From Pseudomonadales bacterium (GTDB taxonomy: Bacteria; Pseudomonadota; Gammaproteobacteria; Pseudomonadales; Azotimanducaceae), in NCBI GenBank assembly GCA_963664635.1, contig OY761542.1:2644112-2708111 (forward strand): a DNA stretch of 64,000 bases, in the 5' to 3' direction. The position numbers and the translations under genes were made by a program. Of the stretch, positions 44,244 to 53,602 are shown in pieces. The notes beneath the pieces are model-generated. The model was given only the letters and a program-made list of their open reading frames with translations. It made no database searches and was not told where the DNA came from. Numbering within the stretch: position 1 is the stretch's first letter; the number at the start of each line of letters is the position of its first letter.

Positions 44244-45067
44244 GCGAACGCTTGCTGCTGCTGCATCCGGGGGCCATGGGGGCGTCCCTGGGGGCGGCAC
44301 TCCGGGCCAACGCGCACGCCGTGCACTGGGTGACGGACGGTCGGTCGGAAGCTACGGCGCGGCGGGCGCACGACGCGGGGCTCGTGCCCGTGGCCCGGTT
44401 GCCGGACGCGATCGGCACGGTCGAGCACGTGCTCTCGGTCTGTCCTCCCGCCGCCGCGGTCGCGGTTGCCGAGGCGGTCATGGAGGCCGGCTTCGACGGC
44501 ACGTACGTCGATGCCAACGCCGTTTCGCCCGACACCGCCCGTCGCATCGGCGCGATCGTCGGGGACGGATTCGTCGACGGTGGCATCGTCGGCCCGCCGG
44601 CGTGGCGCCCCGGGGTCACCCGGCTGTACCTGTCGGGACCCGGGGCCGACGACGTGGCCGGGTGGTTCTCGGGAACCCTCGTGGACGCGCGTCCGGTCGC
44701 GGGCTCGGCCTCCGCCCTGAAGATGTGCTATGCCGCGTTCACCAAGGGCTCCTCGGCGCTCATTTTGGCGATCCGGGCGCTTGCGGAACGCGAAGGCGTC
44801 ACCGAGGCATTGCTCGAGGAGTGGGCGCTGTCCCAGCCAGGGCTGCCGGAGCGTAGCGACCGGACGGCGGTTGCCGTGAGCGCGAAAGCCTGGCGTTTTG
44901 AAGGCGAGATGCGGGAGATCGCGGCGACGTTCGACGGCGCGGGGTTGCCGGGCGGATTCCACGAGGCGGCCGCGGAGGTCTACCGTCGCATGAGCGGCCT
45001 GAAGGACGCGGCGGACGTCGACCTTGAGCGGGTAGTCGCCGACCTGCTGCATGGGGGAGGTGGCTGA
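44240..45067 (+). CDS. NAD(P)-binding dehydrogenase-like protein (6-PGDH NAD-binding / DUF1932-type)
   Basis: LLLLHPGAMGASLGAAL Rossmann start and a helical C-terminal domain (ALKMCYAAFTKGSSAL). ATGA overlap with the M20 gene. Confidence 0.65.
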   Translation: MSERLLLLHPGAMGASLGAALRANAHAVHWVTDGRSEATARRAHDAGLVPVARLPDAIGTVEHVLSVCPPAAAVAVAEAVMEAGFDGTYVDANAVSPDTARRIGAIVGDGFVDGGIVGPPAWRPGVTRLYLSGPGADDVAGWFSGTLVDARPVAGSASALKMCYAAFTKGSSALILAIRALAEREGVTEALLEEWALSQPGLPERSDRTAVAVSAKAWRFEGEMREIAATFDGAGLPGGFHEAAAEVYRRMSGLKDAADVDLERVVADLLHGGGG

Positions 45068-45230
45068 CCCGCAATCACGCGCTAGGCGTTGTCGTACCCC
45101 GATGAGCGCTTCCGTCCGGGGCGGACTGCAGATATCTGCCATGGAGTGCCCCTTCCAGGATCCGTAGAGTGGCGAATTGTCCACCCCCGCGGCGGATCCC
45201 ATTGCAGACAGAAGAGGCGAGGACTAACCT

Positions 45231-45917
45231 TTGGCCGCAGCTATGGAAGAATCTCTGGCACCCATCACCCGACGCGACTTCGAACGGTTCGCTGCCGAGA
45301 TGCGCGAGGAAGTCGCGGCGGCGGTAGCCGCATCGGCACGGTCCGGCGGACAAGATGTCTTGAGCGACGTGCTCGGGCAGCTACGCATCATCAAGTGGGG
45401 CGCTGGTTTTGCCTTGGCCGCCATCATGGGCGCCTTCGGCATCCTGTACCAGGGTCAGATCGATCTCCGCGCGGAGATGCGCGGTGAGATTGCGGGGTTG
45501 CGCGCGGAGATGCGCGGCGAGATTGCGGGGTTGCGCGCGGAGATGCGCAGCGGGATTGCCGGACTGCGTGACGAGATGCGCACGGAAATCGCCGGACTGG
45601 GCGAGGAGATGCGCACGGAAATCGCCGGACTGCGCGAGGAGATGCGCACGGAGATCGCCGGACTGCGCGAGGAGATGCGCACGGAAATCGCCGGACTGCG
45701 CGAGGAGATGCATCGTGAGTTCGGCGTTCTCCGGCGCGAGATCGCGGGCCTGGGCGAACGTGTAGCGCGCCTGGAAGCGGGCCAGGGGTTCATCCTGACC
45801 CGTCTCGACGATCTCGTCGCCAGGGTGGGGGCGCTCGAAGCGAGCCAGGGCGAAGACGCGGGGGGCGAGACGCCGCGGCCGGCCCGGGACGCGGCGGCAG
45901 CCCCGCGCCCGAGTTAA
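45231..45917 (+). CDS. membrane-anchored coiled-coil protein with 11-residue tandem repeats
   Basis: One TM helix (WGAGFALAAIMGAFGILY) followed by about 8 x EMR.EIAGLR. repeats. Starts at TTG 45231 (GAGGA 7 nt upstream) or ATG 45243. Confidence 0.7.
   Translation: MAAAMEESLAPITRRDFERFAAEMREEVAAAVAASARSGGQDVLSDVLGQLRIIKWGAGFALAAIMGAFGILYQGQIDLRAEMRGEIAGLRAEMRGEIAGLRAEMRSGIAGLRDEMRTEIAGLGEEMRTEIAGLREEMRTEIAGLREEMRTEIAGLREEMHREFGVLRREIAGLGERVARLEAGQGFILTRLDDLVARVGALEASQGEDAGGETPRPARDAAAAPRPS
45471..45734 (+). repeat. 33-bp tandem repeat, about 8 copies, coding
   Basis: Units GCGGAGATGCGCGGTGAGATTGCGGGGTTGCGC / GAGGAGATGCGCACGGAAATCGCCGGACTGCGC. Copies 5-7 are nearly identical. Confidence 0.95.
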
Positions 45918-45954
45918 GGCAGCCCAGTTAAGGCAGCCCAGCTAAGGCAGCAGG
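45913..45954. repeat. 14-bp tandem repeat GTTAAGGCAGCCCA, about 2.7 copies
   Basis: Two perfect copies (45913-45940) and a degenerate third. Copy 1 contains the TAA of the + gene. Copy 3 contains the TAG (as CTA) of the convergent SDR gene. Confidence 0.9.
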
Positions 45955-46658
45955 GCTCCCCCCTCCACATCGACCGTCGATCCGGTCATGAAGTCGTTGC
46001 CGATCACGAAGAGGATCGCGGAAGCGACCTCCGCGGCGGTGCCTGCGCGCGGGATCGGCTGGTTGCGCGTCGCGCTGGTCAGGAACCCCGAGCGCGCTTC
46101 GCCCTCGATCGGGAACATCGGCGTGTCGATGACGCCCGGAGACACGACGTTGATCCGGCGCGGCGCCAGTTCCGGCGCCACCCCGCGCACGAAGCCCTCG
46201 ACGGCGTTGCCCACCGTCGAGATCGCGATGGATCCGGGATTGCACTTGCGCGCCGGGTACCCGCTGACGAGAACGATGGCCCCGTCCTCGGTCATGTGGT
46301 CGGCGCCGAGGCGGACGGAGTTGGTGTAGCCCCAGAGCTTGCGGAAGGAGCCCTGGAAGCCGTCGAGGTCCATCTGCAGGAAGGGGCCGGTGGCCCGCGC
46401 GCCGCCGGTCGCGGCGTTGACCAGGATATCGAAGGGCGCGAGTTCCTCGAACAGGCCCGAGAGCCCCTCGCGGTCAAGGACGTCGACACGGCGCAGCGAG
46501 ACCCCATCGCCGAGCGCCTTGGCCGCGACCGCCGCGTTCGAGTCCGAACGGCTGCACGCCGTCACGTTGGCCCCGGCCTCGGCGAGTTGCCGCGCCGCCG
46601 CCAGTCCGATTCCCGAAGTGCCGCCCAATACGATCGCGCGCCTGCCCTGTACGTCCAT
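45942..46658 (-). CDS. SDR-family oxidoreductase
   Basis: 238 aa from MDVQGRRAIVLGGTSGIGLA (TGxxxGIG). NAATGG; PGVIDTPM. Confidence 0.9.
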   Translation of the reverse strand: MDVQGRRAIVLGGTSGIGLAAARQLAEAGANVTACSRSDSNAAVAAKALGDGVSLRRVDVLDREGLSGLFEELAPFDILVNAATGGARATGPFLQMDLDGFQGSFRKLWGYTNSVRLGADHMTEDGAIVLVSGYPARKCNPGSIAISTVGNAVEGFVRGVAPELAPRRINVVSPGVIDTPMFPIEGEARSGFLTSATRNQPIPRAGTAAEVASAILFVIGNDFMTGSTVDVEGGALLP

Positions 46659-46746
46659 CCCGCTCTCCCGTGTGATTCGGCGCGACACGATGGCCCAACG
46701 TGCCGTGCTCCGCAAGTAGTGGACCCGTCCCGGCCCCGTCGGCCGT

Positions 46747-47493
46747 TCAGGCGTCCCGCGGTACGGCTCCCCGTGCTTCGACGATGCCCCTGACTTCCGC
46801 CAGCATCCGCTCGAGGGCCGCCTCGTCGGCGCCGCGCATCACGAGCGTCGTGCCGTACACGTTGTCGCGGTAGAACGGATAGCTCCCGAGATCGATGTCC
46901 GGGTACCGCCCCTGGATCTCTTCGAGCCCGTCCGCGATCTCGCTCTCGCCAAGGTGCGCGGTCACGGACCGGGAGCGCACGACCGCGCCTCCCTCGAGTT
47001 CGCTTTCGAGGGTGGAGAGCATCGCCTGCATCACGGCGGGAATGCCCGCCATGACGAAGACGTTGTCCATGCGGAAGCCCTGTGGCCCGCCGGTCGGATT
47101 CGGGACGAGGGCAGCGCCCTGGGGGATACGGGCCATGCGCATGCGCGATTCCATGACGTGGGGCGGCGCCGGCCGGCGGCGAATGACCGCCGCGATCTCT
47201 TCGTTGACCACCACCGGGACGCCGAAAGCCGCCGCGATGCAGTCCACGGTGATGTCGTCGTGGGTCGGCCCGATGCCGCCGGTGGTGAACACGTAGTCGA
47301 ACGCCGCGCGGGCCGCGTTCACCGCGTCCACGACCACGTCCAGCACGTCGGGCACCACCCGCGCCTCCCGCACGCGCACGCCCCACTCGTTGAGCTGCAG
47401 GGCGATGTGGGCGAGGTTCGTGTCCTGGGTCCGACCGGACAGGATCTCGTTGCCGATGATCACGACGCTGGCCGTGACGACGCGTTCGGTCAT
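46747..47493 (-). CDS. molybdopterin-binding (MoCF/CinA N-terminal-like) protein
   Basis: 248 aa from MTERVVTASVVIIGNEILSGRTQDTN. TTGGIGPTHDDIT. Confidence 0.85.
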   Translation of the reverse strand: MTERVVTASVVIIGNEILSGRTQDTNLAHIALQLNEWGVRVREARVVPDVLDVVVDAVNAARAAFDYVFTTGGIGPTHDDITVDCIAAAFGVPVVVNEEIAAVIRRRPAPPHVMESRMRMARIPQGAALVPNPTGGPQGFRMDNVFVMAGIPAVMQAMLSTLESELEGGAVVRSRSVTAHLGESEIADGLEEIQGRYPDIDLGSYPFYRDNVYGTTLVMRGADEAALERMLAEVRGIVEARGAVPRDA

Positions 47494-47500
47494 CTCCGGG

Positions 47501-48301
47501 CTAGCGGCCCACGAAGCTCGGGGGCCGCTTCTCGGCGAAGGCCCGGCGGCCCTCCCGGTAGTCCTCGGAATCGAAACACGCGTCGACGAGTTGCCGAACG
47601 CCGTCGAGGTCGTCCTGGCGCCCGCCGCGTTCCCAGGCATCCACGGCGGCCTTGGCCGCGCGCACGGTCAGGGGCGCGTTGGCGGCGACGCGTTGGGCGT
47701 AGCTCACGACCTCGTCGTGAATCTCGTGGCGTTCGTAGATGAAGTTCACCAGCCCGATGCGCAGGGCCTCCTCGGCACTCAGGAAGCGCGCGGAGAGCAG
47801 GATGTCCCGGGCGCGGGAGGGCCCCACGACCCGCGACAGCTTGGCGAGGCCCTCGTAGTCGTAGCCGAGGCCGAGCCTGGCGGCGGGGATGCCGAACGTG
47901 GAGTCGGGAGTCGCGAATCGAATGTCCGCGTTGAGGGCCGTGGCGAGGCCGCCGCCGATGCAATAGCCCTCGATTTTCGCGATCAGCGGCTTCGAGAGGG
48001 CCGCCAGCGCCCGGCCGCCCCGCGCCGAGATGCGGCCGTACTCCGCCTTCTGTTCCGCGTTCGAACGCTTGCTGTCGAACTCGCTGATGTCGGCCCCCGA
48101 AACGAACGCCTTGCCGCCCGCGCCCTGCATCGCGACCAGGCGCACGGCATCGTCGGCCTCGAAACGCTCCAGGATGTCGCCGATGGCCTGCCACATCTCC
48201 AGCGACATGGCGTTGTGCCGCGCCGGGTTGTTGAACGTCATCCAGCCGACGCCGTCTTCGATGGCCCCGCGCATCTTGTCGGTGGCAAGGGTCAGTTCCA
48301 T
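47501..48301 (-). CDS. enoyl-CoA hydratase/isomerase family protein
   Basis: 266 aa from MELTLATDK. WMTFNNPARHNAMS, GAGGKAFVSGADISEF, PLIAKIEGYCIGGGLATALNADIR. Confidence 0.9.
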   Translation of the reverse strand: MELTLATDKMRGAIEDGVGWMTFNNPARHNAMSLEMWQAIGDILERFEADDAVRLVAMQGAGGKAFVSGADISEFDSKRSNAEQKAEYGRISARGGRALAALSKPLIAKIEGYCIGGGLATALNADIRFATPDSTFGIPAARLGLGYDYEGLAKLSRVVGPSRARDILLSARFLSAEEALRIGLVNFIYERHEIHDEVVSYAQRVAANAPLTVRAAKAAVDAWERGGRQDDLDGVRQLVDACFDSEDYREGRRAFAEKRPPSFVGR

Positions 48302-48423
48302 GCCTCGCCGCACTCCTCTGTCCGCAGGAGCGCAGAGTGTAGCGCACCGGCAATCCACGCTGCGGTCGATGCGGTGTCGATTCTGCTAAGGTCCGGCGGT
48401 CGTCCCACAACCTGAGGAAATCC

Positions 48424-49590
48424 ATGGACTTCGAGGCCACCGAGGAGCACCGGCTCATCCGCGACGCCATCCGCAAGCTGTGCGCGGACTTCCCGGACGA
48501 GTACTGGTCGAAGTGCGATACGGAGCATCGGTTCCCGTGGGCGTTCTACGAGGCGCTGGCCGCGGCCGGGTGGATCGGCATCGCCATCCCGGAGGAATAC
48601 GGCGGCAGCGGACGCGGCATCACCGAGGCATCGATCCTCCTCGAGGAAGTCTCCGCGAGCGGTGCGGCGATGAACGGGGCGAGCGGCATCCACATGTCGA
48701 TCTTCGGCATGCACCCGGTCGTCAAGCACGGCAGCGCCGAGATGAAGCAGCGCTTCCTGCCGCGCATCGCCAACGGCGACCTGCACGTGGCGTTCGGCGT
48801 GACCGAACCCGACGCCGGGACGGACACCACGTCTATCTCCACCGTGGCGCGGCGGGATGGCGACCACTACATCGTCCGCGGACGGAAGGTCTGGACGACG
48901 AAGGCGCTGGAGTCGGAGCGGGTGCTGCTGCTGGTGCGCACCACGCCGGCGGACCGCGTGGCGCGCCGGACCGACGGCATGACGCTGCTGTTCGCGGAGC
49001 TGCAGCGCCCGGAGGTGCGGATCTCCCCCATCGACAAGGCGGGCAGGAACGCGGTCGCCACCTGCGAGGTGGTGTACGACGACCTGCCCGTGCACGTCAC
49101 GGATCGCGTGGGGGAGGAAGGCAAGGGCTTCCGCTACCTGCTCGACGGCCTGAACGCGGAGCGCATCCTGGTCGCGGCGGAAGCGCTCGGCATCGGGCGG
49201 GCGGCGATGCGCAGGGCCACCGACTATGCCCGTGAGCGGGTCGTCTTCAAGCGCCCGATCGGCATGAACCAGGGGGTGTCGTTTCCGCTCGGCGAAGCCC
49301 GGATGCGGCTGGACGCGGCGGAGTTGATGATCCGCAAGGCGTCGTGGCTCATCGACCAGGGCCAGCCGTGCGGGGCGGAGGCCAACATGGCCAAGTGGCT
49401 CGCGGCGGACGCGGCCTGCGCGGCGGCGGACCAGGCCGTCCAGACCCACGGCGGCTTCGGCTACGCGCGCGAGTTCCACGTCGAGCGGTACTGGCGCGAG
49501 GCGCGGATCATGCGGCTCGCGCCGATCTCGCAGGAAATGATCCTGAACTACGTGACCGAGCACGTGCTGGACCTGCCCCGGTCCTATTGA
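48424..49590 (+). CDS. acyl-CoA dehydrogenase
   Basis: 388 aa. FGVTEPDAGTD, KVWTTKA, ERILVAAEALGIGRAA, QTHGGFGYAREFHVERYWREARI. Confidence 0.95.
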   Translation: MDFEATEEHRLIRDAIRKLCADFPDEYWSKCDTEHRFPWAFYEALAAAGWIGIAIPEEYGGSGRGITEASILLEEVSASGAAMNGASGIHMSIFGMHPVVKHGSAEMKQRFLPRIANGDLHVAFGVTEPDAGTDTTSISTVARRDGDHYIVRGRKVWTTKALESERVLLLVRTTPADRVARRTDGMTLLFAELQRPEVRISPIDKAGRNAVATCEVVYDDLPVHVTDRVGEEGKGFRYLLDGLNAERILVAAEALGIGRAAMRRATDYARERVVFKRPIGMNQGVSFPLGEARMRLDAAELMIRKASWLIDQGQPCGAEANMAKWLAADAACAAADQAVQTHGGFGYAREFHVERYWREARIMRLAPISQEMILNYVTEHVLDLPRSY

Positions 49591-49593
49591 CCC

Positions 49594-50235
49594 ATGGACG
49601 ATCGGCTGGAGTCCGTCTGCAACGTCGAAGTCGCGGCTGCGCAGGTGTGGCGGCGGTGCCGGCTCCCCGGCCCCGACCAGCCGGATCGATGCCGGATACC
49701 GGGCTTCCCTTCGGTGGACGGGATGACGGGCTGTGCGGCGGCCGTGCTGGAAGCAGAGCCGCAGAAGCTGCTGCGCTGCCGGAAGCTGGACATGCCGTGT
49801 GCCGGTACCGAGATCGCGATCCGGCTGGAGCCGGCCAACGCCGCCGGATGGCCGACCCGTGTCTCGGTCAGCCAGCAGGGTTTCGATGGCGTCCTGCCCC
49901 GGGACATCCTCGAGGTCCACTGGCGACAGATCGCCGCGGACTTCCTGCTGTACCTGCAGCGCGAGATCACGGTCCCGGGTACCGCCTGGGGCATCTCGCT
50001 CGACGCCGCCGTGCGACAGACAACCGCCGGGCTCGAGGTCACGCACGTCGCCGAAGCCGGGCTGGCGGGGCGTTGCGGCGTATGCGCGGGCGATCTCCTG
50101 CTCACCGTGGGCCCCATCCGCGTGCACGACCTCGCGCAGCTCTGGACGGTGCTGGCGCTATTGCCCGCCGACGGGGAGGTGCGGCTCGGCTGGGCGCGCG
50201 GAACGGACTGGATGGACGCCGCGTCGACGCCCTGA
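49594..50235 (+). CDS. hypothetical protein with C-terminal PDZ-like segment
   Basis: 213-aa ORF starting 3 nt after the ACAD stop. GLEVTHVAEAGLAGRCGVCAGDLLLTVGPIRVHDLAQL resembles a PDZ core. Confidence 0.5.
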   Translation: MDDRLESVCNVEVAAAQVWRRCRLPGPDQPDRCRIPGFPSVDGMTGCAAAVLEAEPQKLLRCRKLDMPCAGTEIAIRLEPANAAGWPTRVSVSQQGFDGVLPRDILEVHWRQIAADFLLYLQREITVPGTAWGISLDAAVRQTTAGLEVTHVAEAGLAGRCGVCAGDLLLTVGPIRVHDLAQLWTVLALLPADGEVRLGWARGTDWMDAASTP

Positions 50236-50245
50236 GCGGCCCGGA

Positions 50246-51457
50246 CTACTCGACCGGTGCGGGCGCCAGGGCGCGGGTAAGCGTGAGGGTGGGGTGCGTG
50301 CCCGGCGCGGTCAGGGCGCTCAGCACCTCGAACTCCAGGGTCACCGAGGGCCCGTCGGTTGCCGAGACCAGCCAGAGCTGCTCGGTCCCGTGGGGCGCGA
50401 TGTCCACGAGGTCCGCGTGCATGCCGAACTCCTGCGCGGCCCCGGGCGCGTTGCGCAGGCGGAACGGGGAACTCGTGTGGTTGCGCAGCGTCAGCGAGAC
50501 GGCGTCGCGCCGCGTGTCGTAGGCCGCGTCCTCGAGAATCAGGGCGGCCTCGAGCAGGGGTTGCAGGTGCTGGCGGCGTCCGATCAGCAGATGCTGGAAG
50601 AGCACCACGGTGCGGCCGGCGAAGAGGGCGGCCCGCACCGCGTCGGAGCTGCGCTCCTCGGCCATGACCAGCGTGACGGGGCGATGCCCGCCCCGGTGCG
50701 GCTCGTGGTCCCAGTCGATGAGGTTGTGCACGTCCGACGTGCCGATGAGGGTGAGGTTCTGCGCCAGCGCGAGGCGATGCGCGGACTCGTTGTACATGCT
50801 GCCGTTCGCGATCTCGATCCCGTGGAGCTTGCCCAGGTGGGCGAGGTCGGCGTGGAAGTCGGTCATGGCGACGCGCGTGTTGGGCGACTGCCGTGACCAC
50901 CAGGCGTGGTTCCAGAACACGAATGCCCCCTGGTCGTTGGCCGCCAGAACGGCATCCCGGGCCGGCATTTCGGCCGCCGCCGCGTAGTAGGCGGTCGGGT
51001 CGACGCCGACCTCCTCGCCGACGCTTGCCACGAGCGCGTTGGCGTCCGTCAGGAAGACGGCGTTCATGTGGCCCGCCGGCGGGTCGCGGGTGATCTCGGA
51101 ACCGTTGATGATCAGGAGGTCGCTGCCGGCGGCGGCGTTCGCCGCCTCCCGGAAAGCCGCGTTGCGGTCCGGGTGGGGCAGGTGCTCGCGATGGGGCTGC
51201 CATTCCAGGTGCTCCGTGATGGCGATGCCGTCCAGGCCGTCACGCCGTGCCTCCGCAATGCGCACGTTGGGCCAGACGTGGCCATCGGAGAAGACGCTGT
51301 GCGTGTGCAGGTCGACGATCACGGTGCGATGCTCGGCGGTGTCCGGGAAGGCGATGGTGCGTGCCGTGTTGTCGCCGCCGGCGGGTACCGCGCCGTGGGC
51401 CAGGGCCTGGCACGCGGCCAAAGACAGGACGGTCGCGGCGGTCGCCGGGTGGGTCAT
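50246..51457 (-). CDS. PHP-domain metallophosphoesterase (CehA/McbA / Sb-PDE-like), secreted
   Basis: Signal peptide, VDLHTHSVFSDGH, GLDGIAITEHLEW, GTSDVHN. Confidence 0.75.
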   Translation of the reverse strand: MTHPATAATVLSLAACQALAHGAVPAGGDNTARTIAFPDTAEHRTVIVDLHTHSVFSDGHVWPNVRIAEARRDGLDGIAITEHLEWQPHREHLPHPDRNAAFREAANAAAGSDLLIINGSEITRDPPAGHMNAVFLTDANALVASVGEEVGVDPTAYYAAAAEMPARDAVLAANDQGAFVFWNHAWWSRQSPNTRVAMTDFHADLAHLGKLHGIEIANGSMYNESAHRLALAQNLTLIGTSDVHNLIDWDHEPHRGGHRPVTLVMAEERSSDAVRAALFAGRTVVLFQHLLIGRRQHLQPLLEAALILEDAAYDTRRDAVSLTLRNHTSSPFRLRNAPGAAQEFGMHADLVDIAPHGTEQLWLVSATDGPSVTLEFEVLSALTAPGTHPTLTLTRALAPAPVE

Positions 51458-51587
51458 CGGTCGCTCCTTCTTATGGTGAGAGTTGTCGTGAAAGCCGCAA
51501 GGGCTGGAATGGCCAGACAGGCCGGAACGTTGCTGGTCAAGTCGGCGGCCGGCCGCGGTGCGGGGCGGCTTGGAGACTCGACGAACA

Positions 51588-53588
51588 CTACCTCCGGCCC
51601 AGCTTCTTGCGCTTGTGATCGACGTAGTCGACGAGGATGTACTCGCCGAGCTTCTCCGGCGTCGTGTAGAAGACCCTGCCGCCGTTGATCCGCGCGACGT
51701 GGTCCATGAAGTCCTTCAGGTAGTCGTTGGCGTCGAGCATGAAGGTGTTGATGGCGATGCCCTTCTGCGTGCAGCGCTGCACGGCCCGGAAGGTCGCCCG
51801 GAACGTTTCCGGCGTGGGCGGATACGCGAACCGGTGGCGTCCATCCGGGAGCAGGTGAGCGGTCGGTTCGCCGTCGGAGATCATGATGATCTGCTTGCTG
51901 CCGGCGTCATGCCGCGACAGCAGCCGCTCCGCCAGCAGCAGCGCGTGCTGCATGTTGGTGCCGAGCACGTACTCGTCCCATTGCAGGAACGGCAGATCGT
52001 GGGCCTTCAGTTCGTTGGCATAGGCCGCGAAGCCGATAATGTGGAAATTGTCGCGCGGATACTGCGAGGTGATCAGGTTGTGCAGCGCCAGGGCGACCTT
52101 CTTCGCCGCCTGGAACGAACCGCGCAGCGCCATGGACCAGGACTGGTCGACGAGCATGGCCGTGGCCGTCGAGGTGAGGAGTTCGGAGCGGTAGATCTCG
52201 AAGTCCTCGTGCTTCAGGGCGATGGGCACCGAGGGCCCCGTCCGGTCGATGGCGTTGCGGATCGTGCGCGGCATGTGCAGGTGGAACGGGTCGCCGTACT
52301 CGTAGGGCTTGGTCTGCTCCTTGCGTTCCCCGAAGCGTCCTTCCTCCGGAACCGCGTGGCTGCCCAGGCTCTGGCGACGCAGGCGGGCGTAGATCTCGCC
52401 GAGGGCCTGCTGCCCGATCATGCGCGAACCGCGCGGCGTGATTTCCCACTTGTCGGCGCCGGTCGCGCGGATGTACCCCGCGTCCCGCAGGGCGTCCACG
52501 AGCCTGGTGAGCTCCTCGACGGACTCGGCGGCATCGTCGCCGAGCAGCGCCTTGAGCGTCTCCTGGTCGATGCCGTCCGGATCCCCGCGCCGCTCGGCCG
52601 CCTGCACCTGCTCGATCAGGTCGTCGAGCTCCTGCATCTCGTTCATGAGGGACATGGCGGCCTCGAGATCGAGTTCCTCGCTGCCGTCGAAGTGGTACCG
52701 GTTGCCGCGCGGATTCAGGAAGCTCATCTCCTTGGCGAGCTTCGCGAGTTCCGCCTCGAGTTCCGGGTCGCCGAAGCGGTCACCGAGGAGAGACTGCAGT
52801 TGGGCGCGCTGATCCGGCGACATGGAACCGAGCATGGACTGCGCGGCGGCCATCTGCCGGCGCATCTCTTCGAGGAGATCGTCGAGGGAGGCCGGCGGGT
52901 TGTCGCCGAACATGTCCCCGAAACGTTCCATGAACTCCTCGAAGCGGGGATCCTCCCCGGCGATCTTGCGCACGAGCATCTCGTTCAGCGCACGCAGCAT
53001 GTCCTTCATGCGCGCGATGTCGCCGTCCGAGAGGTTCTTCACCATCTGCTCGACGTCGTTGAAGAACGTCTGGGTCATGGCCTTGCGCAACTGGTTCAGC
53101 AGTTCGAGGAACTTGCGCTGCGCGTCGGGGTTCAGGAACTCGTATTTCTCGAGCGCCTTGATCCGGCCCGCCGCGTCCTCGGGCAGCCGGTCGAGCTCCT
53201 CCTGGTTGCGTTCCGCGATCTGGCGCAGCACCTCTTCGGAGAAGTCGTCCTCGGTCCGGTCGAGCCACTCGTCGATGGTCGCTTCTTCCATCGCGAGGAC
53301 CTCGTCGAGCTGCTCCTCGATGTCCTTCATGACGCTGTCGAGGTCGAAGCGCTCGAGACGCTCCTTCTTGCGTTCGCGGAGCTGGCGCATGAGGTCCCGC
53401 AGGCCCTGCAGGCGGTTGCCGTCCGGCAGGGACATGCCGCGGGACATCAGGTTGCGGATCGCCCAGCGAAAGTCGCCGTAGGTCATCAGGTCGTCGGCGA
53501 TGGCGCGCAGCACGTCGTCCGCGGCGACCTCGACGTCCTGGCTGCCGTCCCAGCCGGAGTAGCGGAAGCGTTTCGCGAATCCGGCCAT
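51588..53588 (-). CDS. VWA-domain protein (CoxE-like C-terminal VWA, long helical N-terminal region)
   Basis: 666 aa from MAGFAKRFRYSGWDG. C-terminal MIDAS-type VWA: AMLVDQSWSM....MISDGEPTAH....INTFML. The 5' extension of ORF 51588..54632 was rejected. Confidence 0.8.
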   Translation of the reverse strand: MAGFAKRFRYSGWDGSQDVEVAADDVLRAIADDLMTYGDFRWAIRNLMSRGMSLPDGNRLQGLRDLMRQLRERKKERLERFDLDSVMKDIEEQLDEVLAMEEATIDEWLDRTEDDFSEEVLRQIAERNQEELDRLPEDAAGRIKALEKYEFLNPDAQRKFLELLNQLRKAMTQTFFNDVEQMVKNLSDGDIARMKDMLRALNEMLVRKIAGEDPRFEEFMERFGDMFGDNPPASLDDLLEEMRRQMAAAQSMLGSMSPDQRAQLQSLLGDRFGDPELEAELAKLAKEMSFLNPRGNRYHFDGSEELDLEAAMSLMNEMQELDDLIEQVQAAERRGDPDGIDQETLKALLGDDAAESVEELTRLVDALRDAGYIRATGADKWEITPRGSRMIGQQALGEIYARLRRQSLGSHAVPEEGRFGERKEQTKPYEYGDPFHLHMPRTIRNAIDRTGPSVPIALKHEDFEIYRSELLTSTATAMLVDQSWSMALRGSFQAAKKVALALHNLITSQYPRDNFHIIGFAAYANELKAHDLPFLQWDEYVLGTNMQHALLLAERLLSRHDAGSKQIIMISDGEPTAHLLPDGRHRFAYPPTPETFRATFRAVQRCTQKGIAINTFMLDANDYLKDFMDHVARINGGRVFYTTPEKLGEYILVDYVDHKRKKLGRR

Positions 53589-53602
53589 CCCCGGCTCCCC
53601 GG

